The notes: generated by a model not told the origin, from the letters alone. Counted from the first letter of the stretch, positions 1-7,453 are shown. The stretch: 64,000 nt of DNA from Minisyncoccia bacterium (GCA_038912545.1 JBCLFD010000002.1:4422-68421); one strand, 5' to 3'. Program-made: numbers and translations.

Positions 1-588
1 CCTCTATTTCTTGTACTGCTACCGGAATAACTATCTGCGAAGGTAGGTCATAAATGGTGTGAATCGGTACCTGTACCTCTTCTTCTCTTTCTTCTTCATC
101 TGTTTCTATTTCTACTTCTTTTTCTAACTCTTCCTCGACGTCGGAAGCCCCGACATACTGCGTCGAAGTTAGCGTCTCACCTTGCCCTATACGACTAAAC
201 CACGTTTGCCAAGAGTCTTCTAAGTTTTGTGCCGGTTTTTCCGTCTCTGAGATCTGTTCCTGCTCCCTGTTTATCCGTAGACGATTTATCGACGGTAGAT
301 TCTCGCCATCGCTCGCCTCATATCTAGGAGATTCCCATGTTTTTGGCAATATTTCAGGCGTTTCTTCTACTTTTGGTTCTTCTTTGATTACATCTTTGAG
401 AGGGGTTGGAGCACCGAATCTATGGTCCTGAATAGCGCTCTCTAGTACATACCAGCCCCGTCCGACGAGTCGAGCAGGGACTCGTCCCTCTCTGCAGAGT
501 TGACCTACATAATCTTTTGCATACCCAGTAAGCTTCGCGGCGCGTTTAGACGATATGTAAACTTTCTCGCCAATGAGTATCTCATCCA
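1..588 (-). CDS. Partial CDS (3' end beyond window): N-terminal helix-turn-helix-like domain followed by an acidic low-complexity region. Hypothetical protein.
   Basis: Not in the ORF track because it runs off the window edge. Hand translation of the minus strand from the ATG at 586-588 gives MDEILIGEKVYISSKRAAKLTGYAKDYVGQLCREGRVPARLVGRGWYVLESAIQDHRF..., followed by an E/K-rich segment. The frame stays open to position 1. Confidence 0.55.
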
Positions 589-643
589 TAACAAGCATTA
601 TATGCCTATCTCGGCTCGTATGGAAGTGCTGTACACAAGCCCG

Positions 644-719
644 GTATGCAGTAGGCAGAAAGCAGTATGCGGTAGGCGGTATGCATTTCTCTGCCTTCTG
701 CTTACTGCTTACTGCTTAC
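644..719. repeat. Heptad-repeat hairpin element, copy A: 6 forward heptads (644-685), a TTTCTC loop, and 4 reverse heptads (692-719).
   Basis: Read directly: GTATGCA GTAGGCA GAAAGCA GTATGCG GTAGGCG GTATGCA tttctc TGCCTTC TGCTTAC TGCTTAC TGCTTAC. The arms are complementary at 21/28 positions by hand alignment. The gatB stop codon (702-704) lies inside the reverse arm. Confidence 0.85.
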
Positions 720-2108
720 TTTCTCGGTAATGAGTCTTCGAATTACCGCCGGGTTCCCTGCCCCTCCGCTCTCTCTCATTGCTTTGCCGATGAGATACTG
801 GAGTGCTGTTTGCTTCCCTGCACGATACTCGGCAACCACCTTTATCTCTCTTGCGAGTACGGTATCAATAACCGCACCGAGCGCATCCGTATCGTGAATC
901 TGGATGAGACCTTTTTCTTTAGCAATATTCTCTGGATCGCCACCTTCCCTGACGAGAATCGCGAGAATATCTTTCATGCCCCGAGAAGAAAGCTCTGCGC
1001 TCACGAACATACGGAGAAGTTTTGCGAATGCAGTGGGTGTAACATTTTTCTGTTCGCCGGCTAAATCAGAGACAAAATAATTTGCTGCGAGAAGTGTAAG
1101 CTCTTTCTTATTTCCAATTTCTCCCAACACTGCATCAAAAAATGCACTGCGCGGAATCGTCGCGATGATGAATTCTATATCGGGCTGTTTGAGTCCTCCG
1201 TGGGCATATCGTGCGCGTCGTTCCCACGGCAATTCGGGTAACGATGCTGTAATCGTCTCGAGAGAAAATTCCGGAATCTCGCCACAATATAACTTCGGCA
1301 AGTCCGGCTCCGGGAAGTAGCGGTAGTCGGCGCCCCCTTCCTTAAACCGCTGATGGAATGTCTCCTGCTTCGCTTCGTCCCACCCACGTGTCTCTTGTAC
1401 TACCTTCCCTCCCGAGTCAATAAGTTTGCTCTGGCGCTCTATCTCGTATGCAATAGCACGTTCAACCGACCTGAAGGAATTGAGGTTTTTCACCTCTACT
1501 TTCGTCCCCAACTGCTTACTGCCTACTGCATTCTGCTTACTGACACTTATATTCGCTTCAATACGCATCTCCCCTTTCTCGAGATTCGCTTCACCAGCAC
1601 CAAGCGTGCGCAGTAAGAGCTGGAGTTCGCGCGCAAAACGACCAGCCGTCTCCGCATCGGGAATAACCGGTTCGGTAACGAGTTCCATAAGTGGGATGCC
1701 GGCACGATTAAAATCAACAAGACTTTTATTATTTCCGTGCGTAGAGCGGGCGGTATCTTCTTCCAGATGCACGCGAGTGACGGCGATTCCGATGATCTCG
1801 CCGCCTTTAATGAGCGGGTTCTCATACTGACTGATTTGGTAGCCCTTCGGAATGTCAGGATAGAAATAACTCTTACGATCAAACTCAGAAAAATCGGCAA
1901 GCTTCCCTCCAATCGCCGTCCCTATGCGCAGGACGTGTCGTACCGCTTCGCGATTAATCACAGGCAGGGTGCCGGGGTGCGCGAGACAGACGGGGCACAC
2001 GTTCACATTCGATCGCGTCTCGTCCGGATTATTCGCCGAGTCGCAGAACATCTTGGTTCTAGTCTTGAGCTCCGCGTGGACCTCGAGACCGATGGTGGGG
2101 CGATACAT
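702..2108 (-). CDS. gatB: Asp-tRNA(Asn)/Glu-tRNA(Gln) amidotransferase subunit B
   Basis: ORF 702..2192 trimmed to the internal ATG at 2106-2108 (MYRPTIGLEVHAELKT, the canonical GatB N-terminus). Motifs: FDRKSYFYPDIPKGYQISQ, NRAGIPLMELVTEP, KNLNSFRSVERAIAYEIERQ. The 28 upstream codons are read-through of the heptad repeats. Confidence 0.95.
   Translation of the reverse strand: MYRPTIGLEVHAELKTRTKMFCDSANNPDETRSNVNVCPVCLAHPGTLPVINREAVRHVLRIGTAIGGKLADFSEFDRKSYFYPDIPKGYQISQYENPLIKGGEIIGIAVTRVHLEEDTARSTHGNNKSLVDFNRAGIPLMELVTEPVIPDAETAGRFARELQLLLRTLGAGEANLEKGEMRIEANISVSKQNAVGSKQLGTKVEVKNLNSFRSVERAIAYEIERQSKLIDSGGKVVQETRGWDEAKQETFHQRFKEGGADYRYFPEPDLPKLYCGEIPEFSLETITASLPELPWERRARYAHGGLKQPDIEFIIATIPRSAFFDAVLGEIGNKKELTLLAANYFVSDLAGEQKNVTPTAFAKLLRMFVSAELSSRGMKDILAILVREGGDPENIAKEKGLIQIHDTDALGAVIDTVLAREIKVVAEYRAGKQTALQYLIGKAMRESGGAGNPAVIRRLITEKVSSKQ
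1513..1540. repeat. Heptad repeat copy B: 4 reverse heptads lying in frame inside gatB.
   Basis: TGCTTAC TGCCTAC TGCATTC TGCTTAC. On the minus strand this encodes ...SKQNAVGSKQ... in the segment between the GatB NIS and GTKVEVKNLNSF blocks. Confidence 0.75.
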
Positions 2109-2109
2109 A

Positions 2110-2232
2110 GTAGGCAGTATGCGGTATGCAGTATGCAGAGGCAAGCCCAGATAGCCAAAAACAGTATGCAGTAGGCGGTATGCCGTATGCAATATGCATT
2201 TTTCTGCTTACTGCTTACTGCTTACTGCCAAC
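2110..2232. repeat. Heptad-repeat hairpin element, copy C: 4 forward heptads (2110-2137), a 26-nt spacer, 5 forward heptads (2164-2198), a TTTTTC loop, and 4 reverse heptads (2205-2232).
   Basis: GTAGGCA GTATGCG GTATGCA GTATGCA ... GTATGCA GTAGGCG GTATGCC GTATGCA ATATGCA tttttc TGCTTAC TGCTTAC TGCTTAC TGCCAAC. It fills the whole gatB-obg intergenic space, and the obg stop codon (2208-2210) lies in the reverse arm. Confidence 0.85.
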
Positions 2233-3191
2233 AGCTTTGAAAGTTCGTCGGAGAACTTTTTTAGGGCGACAGGGTCTTCTACGGAGACCGAGAACACTTC
2301 CCTACCCGTCTCACGCTCTAGAAGTTGGACTTTAGTTTCTTGTTCTTCTGGCAAAATCAGGTCTATTTTAGACAAGATAATCATTTCTCGCTTCTCGGAT
2401 AGTCCGTGTCCGAATGCTTCTATCTCTTTCCGTACCTCTGTATATGCCGAGAGAGGGTCATCTTGGTCAGCCGAGACGAGATGTAGCAGAATTCCAGTGC
2501 GTTCTACGTGCTTTAAAAATTTTATACCGAGCCCCTTACCGGTCGATGCTCCTTCTATGAGTCCTGGGATATCCGCGATGATGTGACCATAAAAGTCACC
2601 GAGATGCGGTTCAAGAGTGGTGAAGGCATACGCACCGACCTTTGACTTCGCCCTTGTAAGAGCGTTCAGAAGCGACGACTTCCCTGCATTCGGGAGTCCG
2701 ATGAATCCTGCATCGGCAATAATCTTTAGAGTGAGTTCTATATCCCCATCCTTACTTGGCTTCCCGTCGGTCTGTTGAAAAGGGTTCTGATTCGTTGAGC
2801 TCTTAAAGCGTGCATTACCTTTCCCGCCCGTACCGCCCCTAAAAACAATAATTTCTTCATCTTCTTTCGTAATCTCATATTCCTCACCGGTCTCTACAAT
2901 ACGTGCAACGGTGCCGACAGGAACTTTTAACATCATCGGTTTACCATTCTTGCCGTGTTGGAGTTCGCCACGACCCGCTTCACCCTCTTCGGCACGAAAC
3001 TTTTTTTCGTAGCGATACGTGGCGAGTGCGGCGAGATCACGCATCCCGAGCAGGATGACGTCCCCGCCTCTACCGCCGTCACCGCCCGAAGGACCACCCT
3101 TCGCCGTCTCCTTAGTGCGCAACCAGCGAATGACGCCATTACCGCCCTTGCCCGAGGCGGCATAAATCTTCACCTGATCAGTAAATGCCAT
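2208..3191 (-). CDS. obg: GTPase Obg/CgtA
   Basis: ORF 2208..3260 trimmed to the ATG at 3189-3191 (MAFTDQVKIYAASGKGGNGV). Motifs: GGDGGRGGDV, G1 GLPNAGKSSLL, DIPGLIEGAS, LSKIDL. Confidence 0.95.
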   Translation of the reverse strand: MAFTDQVKIYAASGKGGNGVIRWLRTKETAKGGPSGGDGGRGGDVILLGMRDLAALATYRYEKKFRAEEGEAGRGELQHGKNGKPMMLKVPVGTVARIVETGEEYEITKEDEEIIVFRGGTGGKGNARFKSSTNQNPFQQTDGKPSKDGDIELTLKIIADAGFIGLPNAGKSSLLNALTRAKSKVGAYAFTTLEPHLGDFYGHIIADIPGLIEGASTGKGLGIKFLKHVERTGILLHLVSADQDDPLSAYTEVRKEIEAFGHGLSEKREMIILSKIDLILPEEQETKVQLLERETGREVFSVSVEDPVALKKFSDELSKLLAVSSKQ

Positions 3192-3197
3192 GGAATA

Positions 3198-3254
3198 GTA
3201 AGCAGTATGCAGTAAGCGGTAGGCAATAGCAATCGGAACGGTAAACAGTAGGCG
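3198..3254. repeat. Heptad repeat copy D: forward arm only.
   Basis: GTAAGCA GTATGCA GTAAGCG GTAGGCA (3198-3225), then degenerate heptads ending with GTAGGCG at 3248-3254. It lies between the obg start and the stop of the four-helix-bundle gene. Confidence 0.8.
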
Positions 3255-3260
3255 ATACAA

Positions 3261-3623
3261 CTACAGTTTGTTCATGAGTGATTCGAGCATTCGTTGTAAT
3301 TGATTAAGTTCTTGTAACGCTTCAGTTGCATCAATATGATACTCGTTCTGCATTAGTAACAACTGTGTCTCGAGCTCCGCTGCCGAACCACTAGCAATTC
3401 TTAAAAACTGAAGAAAATCTTTCTTAGTCCCTCGTTTAGAACCCTCTGCAATGTTAGACGGTACAGAAACGGCACATCTCCGTACTTGGCTTGATAGTGC
3501 GAATAATTCTTCCTTGGGTAGTTGGCGTGCAAGTCGGTAGACGAGACTAACTAATGTCATTGCCTTTTGCCAAACGCGCATGTTTTGAAATGCGCTACCA
3601 GTTTGTGTTCGTATTTCCTGCAT
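3261..3623 (-). CDS. Four-helix-bundle protein of the 23S rRNA intervening-sequence protein / DGR Avd family
   Basis: The sequence ...SAFQNMRVWQKAMTLVSLVYRLARQLPKEELFALSSQVRRCAVSVPSNIAEGSKRGTKKDFLQFLRIASGSAAELETQLLL matches the family hallmarks as I remember them (F-x-x-L-x-VWQKA, Q-x-RRAA-S-x-x-x-NIAEG, FL-x-x-A-x-GS-x-x-E). The start was chosen at the ATG at 3621-3623, which lies inside a heptad. An alternative ATG is at 3581. Confidence 0.85.
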   Translation of the reverse strand: MQEIRTQTGSAFQNMRVWQKAMTLVSLVYRLARQLPKEELFALSSQVRRCAVSVPSNIAEGSKRGTKKDFLQFLRIASGSAAELETQLLLMQNEYHIDATEALQELNQLQRMLESLMNKL

Positions 3624-3646
3624 ACCGCCTACCGCATACCGCCTAC
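3619..3646. repeat. Heptad repeat copy E: reverse arm only, preceded by loop-like TTTCC.
   Basis: gtaTTTCC TGCATAC CGCCTAC CGCATAC CGCCTAC. It contains both the start codon of the four-helix-bundle gene (3621-3623) and the secA stop codon (3629-3631). Confidence 0.8.
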
Positions 3647-6172
3647 TTCGACAATGGTCCATCCTTCAGTGAGAAGTTGCTCCACTTTTTTATATTTAAG
3701 CGTACGCGATTCATCGCCCTTCTTAATAGTCACGATATCGTTCCGACCGTAGCTCACGCCTTTCTTGATTGGCGCGGGTGCACTGCCCTCTTCAGCTCCT
3801 GCGGTGACAAGTGCCGAGCGCACTTTTGCATTTTTTTGTTCTTGTTCAGCGCGAATACGCGCATCGTCGGCAGACGCGAGTCGGGGCAACATCTCCCGAA
3901 GCGTCGCTTGAATATTCGCTTCCAAGAGGCGAAAGCGCTGAAGTCCTTCGCGACGATACTCAATTAAGGGATCGCGTTGACCGTATGCGCGAAGCGACAC
4001 CGAGTGACGTAAATATTCCATTGTTTCCAAGTGCTCCAGCCAGAACATGTCCACGATCTGCAAGAGCATGTGGCGCATGTGCGCAACAAAAGTCGTGCCG
4101 AGCTCTGCCTTCTTTGCGTCGTACGCCGTGCGCTCTGCTTCGGCCTCGCCGAGCAGGGCGAGCATAATCCCTTCCACCTCTTCGTCAGAGCCGACGAGCG
4201 CGGCACGACGCCGTGCATACATCGCGAGCCGTTGAGTATTCATCACGTCGTCATACGCGAGAACCTGCTTGCGCGAGTCAAAGTTGAACCCTTCAATACG
4301 CGTTTGCGCCGTCTCGAGAGATTTGGTAATCATTGCGCTCTCAATCGGTTCGTCTTCGGGGATACCGAACTTGCCCATCACCTTCTTCAGCGCCTCAGAG
4401 GCGAAGACGCGCATAAGCTTGTCTTCAAGGGATACAAAAAATCTCGTCTCGCCGGGATCGCCCTGACGACCCGCACGACCGCGGAGTTGATTATCAATAC
4501 GCCTCGCGTCGTGACGCTCGGTGCCGATAACCGCGAGTCCGCCCCGCTCTATAACTGCCGAGCGTTCTTCAGCGGTGGCGAGCGCACCGCCGAGCTTGAT
4601 GTCCACACCTCGGCCAGCCAAGTTTGTCGCCACAGTGATACGGCCCTGCTTCCCCGCTTCTGCAATAATCTCGCCTTCGCGTTCGTGATTCTTTGCATTC
4701 AGAAGCTCGTGGGGGACACCCGCATCGCGCAAACAATTACTCACCACCTCGTTGTCCTCAATAGAGACGGTGCCGACCAAGACCGGCTGACCCTTTTCAT
4801 ATTTCTCTTTCACCGCGCGCGCGACGGCACGATACTTCCCAGCTGTTGTTTGGAAGATAAGGTCGTCGTGGTCCTTGCGCGCGACCGGCTTATTCGTCGG
4901 CACCGCAATCACTTCAAGACCGTAGACCGTATAAAATTCCTCTTCAGAGGAGAGAGCGGTACCCGTCATGCCCGAGAGACGCCCGTACATACGAAAAAGG
5001 TTTTGGAACGTGACGGAGGCGTAGGTGCGCGTCTCGGCCTTAATCGACACATGCTCCTTCGCCTCTACTGCCTGATGCAGACCATCCGACCAACGGCGAC
5101 CGGGCTGCATCCTCCCCGTGAATTCGTCAACGATGATAATCTCGCCGTCTTTTACGACATATTCTTTATCGTTATGAAAGAGCGCCTGCGCCTTCACGGC
5201 GGTCTCCAGGTGATGCGCATATTTCACACCGCCTTCGGTATAAATATTTTCCATACCGAGTGCTATCTCTGCCTTATGGATTCCCACTTCGGTAAGCTGA
5301 ATCGCGTGCTGTTTCTCATCAATCGTATAATCCTCACCTTCTTTCAAAGAGCGCACGATACCCGCAAATTGTTCATACAAGAGAGTGGCGTCGCCTGCGG
5401 GACCGCTAATGATAAGCGGAGTGCGTGCCTCGTCTATTAAAATAGAGTCCACTTCGTCAACGATGGCATACGAAAAACCTCGTTGCATTATCTGTGAAGA
5501 ATCGTAGGCGGTATTGTCGCGCAGATAATCAAAGCCGAGTTCATTGTTCGTCGCGTAGGTGACGTCCGTGGCATACGCTTCTTTCTTAGTGACGGGACGA
5601 AGATAATCGTAAAATACGCGGAACGAACCTTCAGTATCGCGCAATGCGTCCTCTTCCTTCTCTACGTGTGCGGAGTCGTAGCAGTACGCGCCGACAGAGG
5701 TCACGACGCCGACCGTGAGTCCGAGAAAATCATACACTTGTCCCATCCACGCGCCGTCGCGCCGCGCGAGGTAATCGTTCACGGTTACTATTTGCACTCC
5801 CGTACCCGCGAGCGCGTGATAGGTCGCGGGCAATGTCGCCACGAGAGTCTTGCCTTCGCCGGTGCGCATCTCGGCGATTTTCCCCTTCGCGAGCGCGAGA
5901 CCGCCGATGAGCTGGACGTCAAAATGAGATTGCTGGAGTGTGCGCTTCGCCGCTTCGCGCACAAGCGCGAATACGAGCGGAATATCCGTTTCTGGTGCGC
6001 CACCGGCGACGCGCGCTCGCGCGCGTACTTCAGTAAAGCGCGTTCTGATTGCCTCATCAGGAAGCCCCTTCAGCTCCTCGGTGAAGATATTGGTCGCCAC
6101 GACCACCGGCGCCGCTTGCTTAATAAAGCCAGCAGATTGATTCTTCGTGAAAAGGCGATCCAGTCCGAACAT
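3629..6172 (-). CDS. secA: Preprotein translocase ATPase SecA
   Basis: ORF 3629..6199 trimmed to the ATG at 6170-6172 (MFGLDRLFTKNQ). Motifs: MRTGEGKTLVATLP, DEVDSILIDEARTPLIISG, TNLAGRGVDIKLGG, GRAGRQGDPG. Confidence 0.97.
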   Translation of the reverse strand: MFGLDRLFTKNQSAGFIKQAAPVVVATNIFTEELKGLPDEAIRTRFTEVRARARVAGGAPETDIPLVFALVREAAKRTLQQSHFDVQLIGGLALAKGKIAEMRTGEGKTLVATLPATYHALAGTGVQIVTVNDYLARRDGAWMGQVYDFLGLTVGVVTSVGAYCYDSAHVEKEEDALRDTEGSFRVFYDYLRPVTKKEAYATDVTYATNNELGFDYLRDNTAYDSSQIMQRGFSYAIVDEVDSILIDEARTPLIISGPAGDATLLYEQFAGIVRSLKEGEDYTIDEKQHAIQLTEVGIHKAEIALGMENIYTEGGVKYAHHLETAVKAQALFHNDKEYVVKDGEIIIVDEFTGRMQPGRRWSDGLHQAVEAKEHVSIKAETRTYASVTFQNLFRMYGRLSGMTGTALSSEEEFYTVYGLEVIAVPTNKPVARKDHDDLIFQTTAGKYRAVARAVKEKYEKGQPVLVGTVSIEDNEVVSNCLRDAGVPHELLNAKNHEREGEIIAEAGKQGRITVATNLAGRGVDIKLGGALATAEERSAVIERGGLAVIGTERHDARRIDNQLRGRAGRQGDPGETRFFVSLEDKLMRVFASEALKKVMGKFGIPEDEPIESAMITKSLETAQTRIEGFNFDSRKQVLAYDDVMNTQRLAMYARRRAALVGSDEEVEGIMLALLGEAEAERTAYDAKKAELGTTFVAHMRHMLLQIVDMFWLEHLETMEYLRHSVSLRAYGQRDPLIEYRREGLQRFRLLEANIQATLREMLPRLASADDARIRAEQEQKNAKVRSALVTAGAEEGSAPAPIKKGVSYGRNDIVTIKKGDESRTLKYKKVEQLLTEGWTIVEVGGMR

Positions 6173-6204
6173 TATTTGTATTATACCATTTGGACACAAA
6201 AACA

Positions 6205-6243
6205 GCTCAAAACAAAAATGTCCCGCTAAGAGCGGGACATTTT
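6205..6243 (-). terminator. Rho-independent terminator candidate
   Basis: Perfect inverted repeat aaaatgtcccgct / agcgggacatttt (6215-6227 / 6231-6243, loop aag). On the minus strand the stem is followed by a TTTTTGTTTT tract. It sits between the small basic ORF and the secA start. Confidence 0.7.
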
Positions 6244-6255
6244 GACGAGACTTGA

Positions 6256-6321
6256 TTAGCGGCGGCGCTTTGCTGCCTTTCGCTTCGTTGTCTTCTTTGC
6301 AGCCTTTCTTTTTTTTGCCAT
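6256..6321 (-). CDS. Possible 21-codon highly basic peptide (MAKKRKAAKKTTKRKAAKRRR)
   Basis: Hand translation from the ATG at 6319-6321 to the TAA at 6256-6258, immediately followed by the strong terminator. No clear Shine-Dalgarno sequence. Too short for homology-free confidence. Confidence 0.3.
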   Translation of the reverse strand: MAKKRKAAKKTTKRKAAKRRR

Positions 6322-6420
6322 GGTTGTGTGCGAATTAAAATTATTAGTAGGTCGACCCTGCGTGTATTATCGCGCGTGTAGAAAATATTTGTGAGATTTT
6401 TTTTCAAACTGTGGATAAGT

Positions 6421-6450
6421 ATTAAAATGTTTTTGAAAATTATTTTTCAA
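6421..6450 (-). promoter_or_regulatory. Sigma70-like promoter candidate (TTGAAA - 18 nt - TTTAAT)
   Basis: Minus-strand reading of 6450->6421 gives TTGAAAaataattttcaaaaacatTTTAAT, in the AT-rich gap after the murB stop. Pattern match only. Confidence 0.25.
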
Positions 6451-7453
6451 TGTCGCCGAATGTTTCTACTTCTCTTTCAATCGTAATTCCGGTCGCGTCC
6501 TGCACGCGCCGCGCGACGTCGTGCGCGAGCGCATCAACATCAGAAGCAGTCGCACCCTTTTGCGCGACGATGACGAGCGGGTGCTTTTCATACAGTCGCG
6601 CTCCGCCGACACGAAGTCCCTTGAGCGACAGCGCGTGATCAAGAATCCAGGCGAGCGATATTTTTGTTGTGTCGTCACCTTGTGGAAACATTGGCAATTC
6701 TGGAAATCTGCGTGCGAGTTCATCGGCTTTTGTTTTTGATACGACTGGATTTTTAAAGAAAGAGCCCGCCGTTCCCGTCTCTCCGTCACTCGGGAACTTA
6801 TTCGCACGAATAACACGGACTGCGTGTGCCACCTCTCTCGGCGTCGCGAGTGCTACTCCCGCTTCGCGCGCCTTAACGAGATCGGGGTATGAAATATTCA
6901 GCGCGCCCTGCGCATTCAACATAAGCGCAACGCGCGTGATAATAAAATCTTTTTTCTCTTTGAAGACGCTTGTGCGGTATCCGAACTCCGCCTGTTCGCG
7001 TGAAAAGCGAATTGGTTCACTCGTTACGCGATTAATCGCGTCAACATATTCAACAGTTGGCGCGAGCTCGGCGCCGTAGGCGCCGATATTCTGCACCACC
7101 GCACCGCCCACCGAGCCGGGAATGCCCGCAAGATTTTCAATGCCGTACAAATTGTGTGCAGTCGTCGCATCAACCACGTCGTCCCATCGCGCTTCCGCAC
7201 CCGCTATCAAACGTGGACATCCCATGGACACGCTTGTGATGGCGACTTTGAGCACGACACCCGCGATGCCTTCGTCTGGTACGAGTATATTGCTCCCTGA
7301 ACCGAGTATAAAAAGTTCCAAATTTTTCGCGCGCGCAAACTCAAGCGCTTCGCGAATGTCGTCGTCGTTTTTCGCTTCAATAAAATACCGCGCGGGACCG
7401 CCGATGCGGAATGTCGTGAATGGAGCGAGCGCGACATCCTCGCGAACGATCAT
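6440..7453 (-). CDS. murB: UDP-N-acetylenolpyruvoylglucosamine reductase
   Basis: 337 aa. MIVREDVALAPFTTFRIGGPARYF, LGSGSNILV, and the FAD-binding/MurB C-terminal pattern GYRTSVFK ... GSFFKNP. Confidence 0.93.
   Translation of the reverse strand: MIVREDVALAPFTTFRIGGPARYFIEAKNDDDIREALEFARAKNLELFILGSGSNILVPDEGIAGVVLKVAITSVSMGCPRLIAGAEARWDDVVDATTAHNLYGIENLAGIPGSVGGAVVQNIGAYGAELAPTVEYVDAINRVTSEPIRFSREQAEFGYRTSVFKEKKDFIITRVALMLNAQGALNISYPDLVKAREAGVALATPREVAHAVRVIRANKFPSDGETGTAGSFFKNPVVSKTKADELARRFPELPMFPQGDDTTKISLAWILDHALSLKGLRVGGARLYEKHPLVIVAQKGATASDVDALAHDVARRVQDATGITIEREVETFGDIEK

Noticed and set aside
2109-2192. N-terminal extensions of gatB, obg (3192-3260) and the four-helix-bundle ORF (3624-3662) given by the ORF track (MHTAYRLLHT..., MYRLLFTVPIAIAYRLLHTAYYS..., MDHCRSRRYAVGG...).
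   Set aside because: These residues are simply read-through translation of the heptad repeats. The conserved N-termini of GatB (MYRPTIGLEVH) and Obg (MAFTDQVKIY) start at internal ATGs.
644-3646. Whether the heptad arrays could be a CRISPR array or a degenerate one.
   Set aside because: The period is 7 nt with no unique spacers, the arrays are 28-120 nt long, and there are no cas genes in the window. The architecture is inverted arms, not repeat-spacer.
3198-3646. A diversity-generating retroelement, because the four-helix-bundle gene belongs to the Avd family and heptad variation is concentrated at particular positions.
   Set aside because: There is no reverse transcriptase in the window and no template/variable repeat pair. 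The adenine at heptad position 3 is almost invariant (it differs only in degenerate units such as GAGGCAA), whereas DGR mutagenesis would hit all template adenines. Variation also occurs at non-A positions.
4031-5440. 469-aa plus-strand ORF, the longest + strand ORF in the window.
   Set aside because: It lies entirely antisense to secA, whose identity is unambiguous. Its translation has no recognisable motifs and has the R/A/L-rich look of a shadow frame in GC-rich coding DNA.
6207-6407. 66-aa minus-strand track ORF between murB and secA.
   Set aside because: It runs through the strong terminator hairpin (6215-6243) and has an implausible composition. The 21-codon basic ORF in another frame fits the terminator position better, though that ORF is itself low confidence.
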